Shown: piece after piece, positions 39,201-49,108 of the stretch | Position numbering within the stretch: the first letter of the stretch is position 1 | Layout: every line of letters begins with the position of its first letter | Assembly (NCBI RefSeq): GCF_963853765.1 | Contig: NC_088855.1 | Span: forward strand, 19,158,001 to 19,222,000 | Length of the DNA: 64,000 nucleotides | DNA from: Magallana gigas | Lineage: Eukaryota | Direction of reading: 5' to 3' | Notes under the pieces: model-generated | Seen by the model: only the letters and a program-made list of their open reading frames with translations | Told to the model about the DNA's origin: nothing | Database searches by the model: none | Translations under genes and position numbers: made by a program

Positions 39201-41491
39201 AGTTTCCAATATCCTTGCAGCATATTGAAACCAAGCGAGTGACCATCGAGTGAACATCGTGCTATTTTTAGATCTTGGAAAATCCAAAACATTCGATAAT
39301 GGCGGAGATGTCGAAAAAAGCACATTATATTAAAACAAGAAGTAATCACGTCTCTACTTATGCATTAATTCCCCAATTAATAAACTCAGTTTTAATATAT
39401 CTCAATCATACGCTAAGTCCTTTTAACCGTAAACCATGTGTGCCCCGTTGCTGAGATCGATGTCAAAGATAACTGCGCTCACTGCGGGTGCAAGTGGTTT
39501 TCTGAAGTTTGAGCCGAGAAACGACAATTTTATATCTACTACCGGTAATTACAGTTAAGATGTGAAATAATTGGAAAAAGAATTTTGCTTTTAAATAAAC
39601 ATGCATAGCGGGAAGCATGGTGGCACTGTGTGATGCATGGCGGGGGATCTTCAATGCATGGCGGGGGATCTTCAATGCATGGCAGTACCGCAATGCAAAA
39701 ACGGCCTGGGGAAAACACTGATAAGTTATATGTGATAAATGTGCCAAATAGGGCCAAGTGGAGAGTGTATATACGCTCTCAAAAGGATTTTTGTATGATC
39801 CGATATGACCTTGAAACTTGACCCACAAATATCATTCAAGGCCACAGCATACCCTTTGATCACAGGCATCCTGTGGGTAGACTATGAGCCAGATTGGACC
39901 TAAGGGAGATATACTCCAGAAAAGGATTTTTCATTTAATTCTGCTATGACCACATTTGACCTTGAAACTTGGTTCAAGGTCTCTGCACATCATTTACTCA
40001 AAAGCTCTGATTATGTGAAGCATGAGCCAAGTAAGGCTAAGTAGAGAGGATACTTTATATGCTCTCAAAAAAGGATTTTTGCTTGGTTTGATTTGACCTT
40101 GACCCTTGATCTACCAGCTTGATTCAAGATCACTGTACATCCTTTGACCATAGGCATTTTGTGAGTGAAGTATGGGTCAGTTTGGACCAAGGGGAGAGAA
40201 GATATGCTCTGGACAAGAATTTTCCATATAATTCTGTGAGTTGCTATGACTTCTGCCTTAGACCTAGAAACATACGAGGTTCAATGTCACTGCACATCCT
40301 TACCCAAAGGCACTCTGTAGGTGAGGTATAAGTCAGATTGGGCCAAGGGTAGAGAAGATATGCTTCGGACAAGAGATCTCGAACAGACAGACGGACTAAT
40401 CACTATATAGGGCGCTCACTGAGCGGGTTATAACTACACATTTGTGTCAGTGTTTTTATCACTGTAAAGAGGAATTATTCCGTTGCAGCAAGATGCTCCC
40501 TTGATTAGGAAATAGCACCCAACCTGGTGAACACTTCAAATTGAAATAATGTATGTGCTCAATTTAAACTGTATATATATAAGTTTTTCAGAGTAATCTT
40601 GTTTAATTGTCAAAAGTATAAATACATGTACCTACATGAACATACAAGGATGGTGTACCAGTTTTCTGATTTAAAATGCATCACAAGCTGCATGAAGTTG
40701 AAAGCCATCAGAGTGATACACACTAAAAGGCAGATGGTTTCTTGAAGCCTCTTTCCTGAAAAACAAAAAAGCACCAACATCAAAATGTTATCCCTAAAAA
40801 TAATTCCTTAATCAAATTCGCAGATACTTTTATCATGAACTATAACATTTTTGTCAACCATCTGTGCACACAGTGTCCTCAAAGACGAACGTTTCCTCTG
40901 GCAGGATTTAACCTGTTTGCATTGGGGGTTGGTCATGGCACAAAAGGTAAACGAATGGTAGTAATATAAATGTATACGACAAGATCAGAATTCACTATCA
41001 GGCCCCCCTTTATTCTCTGATCTGATGCGTTATCAAATGAGCTATCTGGTGTGAGCAATCAAAATTGATCTCACAATCACATCTGTTTCAATTAATTTCA
41101 TATTAGCTTTCATTTAATAAACTCTATCCCTCATACATTTTACTGTGATATGAATTAAGAAAAAAAAATTGAAGTTGATAAGTGAGAGATTTGTGGCTCC
41201 ATCATTGATATTCATTCCAATTCATCAATTGCTTTTAATCATTAATTTCATTCAAATAATGTTATTTAATAAAGCAAAACTTTTAGGTAAACAGGTTACA
41301 AAACACCGGTCGTCAAGGGCTTGCCCACTTTCTGGCTCACCTGACGAGTAATGGGACGCCAATTCCTTTGCACCAGCGTGCTGTGGACCCCATCTTGGTT
41401 TGGCAGCTGAAGAGAAATCCGAATTAGAGTTCGGATCATCTTCTGGCATTGAATTATGGATAACTTCGGCCTGTGTTCTCTGCTCAGCCAT
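36250..41491 (-). CDS. PEDS1: Plasmanylethanolamine desaturase PEDS1/TMEM189 (280 aa). Exons 41491-41341, 40755-40636, 37880-37789, 37213-36995, 36510-36250
   Basis: All junctions are GT-AG and in phase. Motifs: [56 protein letters not shown]. An alternative in-frame ATG lies at 41539. Confidence 0.95.
37578..37725. mobile_element. Second copy of the 15877-16023 MITE (PEDS1 intron 3)
   Basis: Right end TTGGTGACGGTGGAGCCAGG is identical to copy 1. The left end is degenerate. Confidence 0.7.
38073..38344 (+). mobile_element. 3' fragment of an RTE-type LINE with (TAAG)n tail
   Basis: Translates as [41 protein letters not shown]...TWGEAE, the typical RTE C-terminus, with one stop and a frameshift. 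It ends TAAGTAAGTAAGTAA. Confidence 0.8.
38495..39720. mobile_element. ~1.2-kb non-autonomous DNA transposon, hAT-like CAGTG termini
   Basis: CAGTGTTTTCCACAG / CTGGGGAAAACACTG TIRs match at 14/15. A subterminal 21-bp tandem repeat ATGCATGGCGGGGGATCTTCA lies at 39633-39683. The TSD is not preserved, so the superfamily is tentative. Confidence 0.65.
39721..40430 (+). mobile_element. Pearl/HINE-like element: tandem ~150-bp cores, ACRG microsatellite and terminal GC hairpin (left part at ~38010-38494)
   Basis: Four diverged TGACCTTGA...TTCAAGGTCACTGCAC...ATGAGCCAGATTGG units, then ACAGACAGACGGAC and GGGCGCTCACTGAGCGGG. Confidence 0.7.
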
Positions 41492-41982
41492 CTCGTAACG
41501 TTTAACCCTCGTATGATTCAAGTCACGCAGAGAATGCATGAGAAGATGGTAAAAGGGGATCTTTGGACCATATTGACTTCTTCAAAATATTGTATAAATA
41601 GATATGAGGTTTTTTTTATCTTGTTCTGATAAAATATGGTATTTCTTTTTTATTTCTATAAATGAATATAAAATCACAGAAATTCATGGAAAGGGCAACA
41701 TAAAACTACACTCAATATAAAGTATCTAGTTTTACCGATCCAACTTATAGCTAAGTCGTTCCTGATATCTGTTTGTAAAAAATAATTACAGCTGATAAAT
41801 TTTCAAGATTTTGTCTTTAATTTTGTATAATCAATTTATATTAATTACTTGTGTATAAAGATATAATAAGGATTTTTTGGAAGATATCTTCAAAGAGATA
41901 TGTTTACAGTCCGAGTAGGATAAGGTACATCTTAATCAAAGTGCGTCTAAATTTGAATTATCTCTGTTGCCATGAGTTGACG

Positions 41983-44900
41983 ATGTTGAAAACTCTGTTA
42001 CAGTTCGGAGAACGTTCTCCACTTTTACGGAATTCAAGGTTGTTGAGGACATGTTTTAAAACGAAGTTTGCAGTCGCATTTTCATCTTACAAACCATTGT
42101 TACCCAAGTCAAATAAAGGGATTCGCGAGGTAACACCATAACAATTGATTGGCATGATACACTGATACATGTATTCAGATCGCATGATATGAAGCATGAC
42201 AGAAAGAGGAAAACATGGTAATGCAAATATCTTTATATCATTTGCAGTAGCTATTTACAGAAAAGCATTCAACAATTAATGTTACAATTTTAAAAATAAA
42301 ATATGAGTCAAAGTTCATGCTTCATACATTTGTAATTTCAAATAAAAGGACAGCATCAGCATTCTAATTCTTTTTCCATTTGAAATCTCATGTATATGTT
42401 CATATAGCCACCATTGACAAAGCTGAATCAAAAATCAGTTAGTATGCCTGTTACAAATGCTAAGCATAAAGATATATAACCCCTTTCCTAAAGGTGGTTT
42501 GAAGAAAAAAAGGCATTATAATATACCTTTTCATTTTTTAAAGGCAATATGACCAAAATGATTGTAAAAAATGATTGCCAAAATGAATGTCATTGTTGAA
42601 TGTTAAATGTATTTCTTAGCAGTGTTCTGTTGATTAAAGTAAGTGACAATGCTTAAATTATTCAAATACCTCGTATATAAATGTTAATTAGTATTGTTAA
42701 ACAACATCTTGTTTTATTATACTCTTTAAGTTGAATATTAGTAAATTATTTTATAATTGATTGCAACTTTAGTTTGTACTCTAAGGAATGATTATATAAT
42801 TTCATTTATTATTTACCTTTCAGTCTAAGTACTTTGTGGATTACAAGGAGGTAGAGGTTTATGGGGGAGATGGTGGGGATGGTTGTATGTCATTTATGAA
42901 GATTCCCCGAGTTGAGTTTGCTGGACCAGATGGAGGGGACGGTGGAAACGGGGGCCATGTTATTTTCATAGGTAAGAAATACTGTAAGCATATTAAATTT
43001 AGCATATAGGATATTTAGCTTGTATGATATTTGATGAAATATTCTGTTAAGCCAAAACCCCAAAAGATCAAGTGACGATCATTGCTGATGAAAATAGAGC
43101 AAAAGACAATTTTCAATAACCAGCATTTGCTTTTGGCCTTTCAGCATCTAACATGAAGAAATCTCTGAATCATTTGGATTCTCCTGTCAAAGGAATCCGA
43201 GGAGTTGATGGTGGTCCACAAAACTGTCATGGAGCTACTATGGACCACACATACATCCAAGTAACAAACAATTGAAAAAAAAAATTATTTGTAAGGTTGA
43301 AAAAAGGTGTGCAAAGACACATGCATTAAAATATGCATAGGCTAAAACAAAAATCAAAACTCTGAATATTTATAATTTCAAACAAATTTCCATTTCTTAC
43401 ATTTAAGAAACTAAAATATATTTTAAAATACGTAGATAGAATCATGTAATAGACATGAATTAAAACTATGAATTGCATTTACTTAGTTGGATGAAAGAAA
43501 GAAGGATGTTCTACCTGGGTCTTCGAAATTTAAAATTAATTTAGAATTATTTTCAATGTATTCACAGGTTCCAATGGGAACAGTGATAAGCTCAATCAAT
43601 GGTCAGGAACTTGCGAACCTGGAATGTGACGGTGACTACTACGTAGCAGGGAGGGGAGGGGCAGGAGGGAGGGGCAACAAGTTTTACCTGTCCAATGAAA
43701 ACAGAGGGCCTTCAGTGGCAGAAAAAGGGGCAAAGGGAGAGCACCAACGATTGAGGGTCGAATTAAGGACGATGGCCAATGTTGGATTAGTATGTTAATA
43801 TGTACACCTTAACTAAAGTTTCTGCATATCTTTTAAAGTAGTTTGCTGTATAATTAAGCTGGGGTTTTTAAATAAAAAATTTAAAAAAAAAGACCTTTAC
43901 AAACATTTGTAGTTCATGTACAGGTATATGTTGTAAATTTATACTTAAAATCATTTAATGGATTTATAATTTTTTAAGATGATCTGCAATGATCCTTAAT
44001 TGATTTAAAATTTGATGACATTATGGAGAGTATTGTTGATACCTATCCAAAATAATTGACAGATAGGATTTCCTAATGCTGGCAAATCTACCCTGTTGAG
44101 AGCAATTACAAATGCTAAACCTAAAGTTGCTGCCTATCCTTTTACCACTCGCAACCCTTTTGTGGGGATAATGGAATTTTCTGATCACAAGCAGATGACT
44201 GGTAAGATACACTAGAAAATTTCAGAATGCATAATTTACTGTAAAAGCAGAAATGTTTTGGGGAAAATAATTTTGTTAATTTGTAATAAAAATGATTATA
44301 CATGTATTGAGATTCAATTGCAATTTTTAAAGATAACCATTCTAGTCACATAACCATGTATAGATTCCTTTTGAGATTAAATTTTACAAATGAATTGATT
44401 GAATATAACAAATTATGTTTGTAAGGAATAAAAATCATTTTTTGCCTGGGGCTTCCCTATAACTGTGTTTTATTGCAATTCTAAGTTACAGATAAAGGTA
44501 ATGAAACTGACTCCACTGTAAACATGAATTCCATACAAGCTTATTTGCAATAACAATGTTTTACTGTACTGATTCAATGGATTAATTTTTTCTCTTTCTC
44601 AGTTGCAGACATTCAGGGTCTGATCTTGTCTTACTTTACTGAATCAAATGATTAATATTTTTGCTTTTTTTCAGTTAAAGACTTTCCAGGTCTATTTGGG
44701 TTTGCTTCTTATAACCATGTTTGATTGTACATGTACTAGATCTGCTGATTAATATTTTTTTCTCCTTGTCAGTTGCGGATATTCCCGGTCTGATCACGGG
44801 AGCCCATAAAAACCTGGGTCTGGGGTTCTCCTTCCTCCAGCACATACAGAGGTGTACGTGTCTCCTGTACGTGATAGATCTCTCCTACACGGAGCCCTGG

Positions 44901-45167
44901 ACTCAGTACAAGGCCCTACAGTATGAACTGGAGCAGTACCAACAGGGTCTCTCCACACGGCCATGTCTGATCGTGGCAAACAAAATAGATCTGAGTGTGG
45001 CAGAGAAAAACTTGGAGGTGTTGAAAGCGCATGTGGACTTGCCGGTGTTGGCTGTTTCAGCAGCCAAAAGAATCGGACTGGAGGAGTTAATGATAGAAAT
45101 CAGAGAACTGTATGAAAGATATGAGGTGGACTCAACTAAGACTGATGCAGAGAATAAAGCATCTTGA
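41983..45167 (+). CDS. MTG2: Mitochondrial ribosome-associated Obg GTPase MTG2/GTPBP5 (388 aa). Exons 41983-42129, 42824-42971, 43145-43260, 43568-43789, 44063-44201, 44773-45167
   Basis: Gly-rich Obg fold ([22 protein letters not shown]), G1 [11 protein letters not shown]2 YPFTT, G3 ADIPG, G4 NKID and G5 SAA. The N-terminus is basic and presequence-like. All junctions are in phase. Confidence 0.93.
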
Positions 45168-46513
45168 TTTCAAAAAAGTTGTTCAAAGTTCTTCAAGCTC
45201 AAATACAATAGTAACTAAGCTGAAGATACTCAAACAGTATATGGATGAATTGTCATATTCATTTCTTTTTATATGAATGAATTGGCTGTGTGATGTGAAC
45301 AATATTTGCTGGATGTGCTCTTATATGTTTATGCAAGTTTTTATATGACAGGTGTTTTCTGCTAAATGAAATCATGTCCATTGTTGTTCGTTGTTTTATT
45401 GTTCATTGCCAATCTGCGTTGAGGCAGTTTGTAAATGCTTTTTGATTTTTACTGTGTATAGTAATTCATATAATTAAACTAACCATGGACAAACGTTCCT
45501 GATCTAAAAAGTTGAATAATCTTGCCAAACTTGAAAAGTTTACCATCTACAGATAAAATGCCTCAATTAATGTATACAAAAACAGGGATACATACAAATA
45601 TTTCATCTTACATATTTCCCAGATCTATCGAGACATAAAAACCTGACGATGGAAGTTATTTTGGAATTAAAGAAAATGATTAAATCTTTAAATTATTTAT
45701 CATTGTGAATATTTCAAAGATGAAATTCTTATTGGAGTTTGAAAATTAAATACCATCTAATATTGGATATTATCTAGAACATTGTTATCTTGAATAATGT
45801 TGATAAATTGAAGTAGGGCAGATATCCCAACTACTTATACCTTTTGGTCCACACAGTCGATGAGGTTTGGCTGTAAAAATGTGTTGGCCATACTTTGCCT
45901 TGATGAAAAGCAACAATAATGAAGCAGTAATCTTATAAATGGTTATATGTAATGGGGGTGAAATAAATTGGAGAGGCTAAGGAGTGTGGCTGTTCTTAAA
46001 ACAATGAAATGCTTTCTTTGGTGCTTCATCTGGGCATGAAGGTAGCTATATAGCATAATTGATGTAAAGTTTCACTGAAATAAACCTTGAAATAATTTTT
46101 TAGCTTTAAATAATTTTTCTTTGAGCTTATTTACTTGATTAAATAGAAATACTGATCAGAAGAATTGAATAATCAAGTTTGTTGACATACACAAAGTTGG
46201 GAATGCTTGTTGAATTGACTCGAACGAGGAACAGTTGTTGATGTTTTATAAAACAAACACTAGGCCTAGCCTAATGATTCGAAATTGAAAATAGTGAAAA
46301 AGGATGCTTACTGGTGGTGGAATAAAAGTCTAATAAACATTATTTTGGTAAGAACACAACCTTCATCGCGTCGTCAGGATGAACTCCTTGATAGTTAACG
46401 TAATTTGCAGTTTTATAAACTACACAAAGCAAATTGAAAGTTGGAAAGCGGCTAAACTTATAAATAAAATCTTGACAAACAAGAAAAAAGGGTCTTTTGG
46501 TTACGGTTATGTA

Positions 46514-47055
46514 TAGCTGCAGATCTGTAGCTCTCTGGTTGAAAAAATTCGGATAGACAAACCAGAGAGCTACAGTTCCAAGCGTTGTAAAAACCTCCGA
46601 TTTACGCCGCCGTTTTTTTGTCGCTCGCTTCGGGAATTATATCCGACTTTAAAAGCATTCCACCGCCTAAATAATTGGATTTATTAATTAAACATATATT
46701 TTACCCCAACTCTGGTCACTTTGTTTTCCTTTCAATGGTTCCGAACGGCCATCCTTCGCCTTGGAATGTCATCGTTTTAAAAAACTCGCCTTATGACAGC
46801 CATGTTTACCTAGTAGCGAGATCTCGTTATTTGGTCACGTGATAAAGGGGCATAACTCTAACTCGCGTTTCACGTGTTTACCTTCACAACAACCGGCATT
46901 TGATTTGATTTCGGCCTGTATCTTAACAAATAAACACTGACAACTATTTTTATGAGTTTACCTATTTAGTTTACACATTTATCGATGATGCAGGCGTTTA
47001 ATGCAGCTAACTTTCTCTCAACTTTATGGTTCTTTGCTCGTCTGAAAATATACAC
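46514..47055 (+). repeat. Left terminal inverted repeat (542 bp)
   Basis: Reverse complement of 53776-54317. No mismatch seen on manual comparison. Confidence 0.95.
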
Positions 47056-47122
47056 CCTTAAACTGTCCCACGTGAAAGCAGAATTTATGACGTAATGCAC
47101 ACATTTCACACAGTAAATAATT

Positions 47123-49062
47123 ATGGCTGCATTGAATGTTAAGAAGATATTCGAAGAGGTTAGACCACTATATAATTTTGAATTCGATCTTAAAGACGAA
47201 CAGATATCTGTGATAGAGAGTATTTTGGAAAAAAAGCATACTGTGGGTGTTTTCCCTACCGGGTTTGGCAAAAGTGTATGTTTTTTATTGCCCCCTTTGA
47301 TTCTTGATCAACAGAAGTCAGACGTTAGACATGTTTGCATTGTCATATCTCCCTTAAAGAGTCTTATGATAGATCAGTGCAAGCAGAATTTTGATCATGG
47401 CATTCCTGCTGCCGTCATGAAAGGCATGGATGAGATGAGTCATGAGGTTATTGAAGGTATGATATAATTTTGTGTTTATCTTTGAATAAATTGTACAGCT
47501 TGCTTGCAAAAAAAAAAATTAACACTGGTTAGTTGAACTAAAAGGGTATATATTAATATTTATATAGGCATAAAGACAGGTGAATATTCAATTCTATATA
47601 TGTCACCAGAGACACTTCTAAATTTCGAGTCATGGGGAAACATAATACTCAATTCCAGTTTGTATCGTGACAGAGTTGCACTGATTGCCATAGATGAGGC
47701 ACACATTTTGGAGTCCTGGTAAGAGTTTTAATTTAATTTTGAGGTAATTTTAAGGTGTTCTGATTCTTGTTAATTATATATGTACATTGTATGTTCATAT
47801 GAAGTGACATACATAGTGACTTCTTTATATTTGTTAATCCTTCTCTATATTTTCCCATTACATATCTAATGTCAACAATATAACAAACTCTTATGGTTCT
47901 AGAATATACATATATCTGATGAGAGCACATTTGATTAAATGTTAAAGGGGTGATACTTTTCGTCCAACCTTTGCAAGACTCGGAGAACTTCGCTCCCATT
48001 TTCCAAGAACTCCATTCCTTATGCTTACTGCAACCTGCACACAGCAGATTCTGAAGCACATCACAAGCGGAATTCACCTACCTGGTCTAAAAATGTTCAC
48101 TGCATCTCCTGACAGGTAACTTTTGTGTAATGAAGGATCAGTACACATGTGTAACGAATGACCACAACTGAAAATTCATAGCCAAAATATTCTTGTACTC
48201 TCAATGTGTTTTTAAATCTTTTGTTATGATATGTTTTAATTTTTAAACTCAACAGACCTAACATTTACCTGGAATACAAGAGGTCAAAAGATATTTTTGA
48301 AGAACTTGGGTGGCTGTTTAATGATATTAAAGAAAATGGTATCAAAACCAGGAAGACTTTAGTATATGTTAGGTAAATTGTTAATGAATCTATAAAAAGC
48401 TATTGTTTGCAGGATAAAAAAAAAATTGGGGTTCATACTTCAATTTATATTTTAAAGTATTTACCGGGTATACTCTTCGAAATTGTAGGAGCTTGAGTCA
48501 AGGTGGCCGCCTTTACCGGGATATATTGGGCCATTTAAAAGAAGGTGCCTATTTTGAACAAAAAAAGGTTCAGCGCAACAGCCACATTGCTTTGTATCAT
48601 GCTGGAATGGCTACCAAAGATCTTGAGTACATACTGCATGAGATTTCAAAGCCAGACAGTGTGATACGACTTGCAGTCTGCACAATAGCCTTTGGTATGG
48701 GGATCAACATTCCAGACATTGACCTTGTCATTCACTGGGGTGCATGTAGCTCTGTAATGGACTATTGGCAGGAGGTTGGTAGGGCAGGGCGAGATGGACG
48801 CAAGGCAAAGGCCATGTACTTTGTAACCCCTGGATCAATACTTCATGCTTCAGATGAAATGAAGGAGTTATGTAGTTCATTGGACAAGTGCAGGACAAAG
48901 TGTTTTAGGGACTCTATTCTCTCTTATTTCATTGGATACTCCTCTATATCACAATCTCTTTGTAAACTAAACTGTATTGAATGTGAGTGTTCTCAGTGCA
49001 GTTGTTGTTATCTATGTCAAGAAGCTTGTCCATGCAGGATGAAGGCCAAAAACAAGAATTAG
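47123..49062 (+). CDS. AcademH RecQ-like SF2 helicase (447 aa). Exons 47123-47456, 47568-47718, 47948-48115, 48256-48372, 48489-49062
   Basis: Motif I PTGFGKS, Ia VISPLKSLMIDQ, II IDEAH followed by WGDTFRP, III LTAT, RPNI, V CTIAFGMGINIPD, VI YWQEVGRAGRDG, and a Cys-rich tail. The splice phases sum to an open 1344-nt CDS. Confidence 0.92.
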
Positions 49063-49108
49063 GAAACATTAGGAAAGACAGGTATACATTCATATTTTTA
49101 ATATTTTA

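Noticed and set aside
38487-39729. 8-bp hAT TSD for the CAGTG element
   Set aside because: The flanks TGTGTTAG and ATAAGTTA do not match, so the hAT assignment is left tentative.
46966-47271. 101-aa minus-strand ORF across the left TIR boundary
   Set aside because: It is antisense to helicase exon 1 plus TIR sequence, with no domain features.
47123-49062. Host RECQ/WRN/BLM gene
   Set aside because: It lies inside TIRs and a TSD, opposite a transposase, and lacks the accessory domains of host RecQ proteins.
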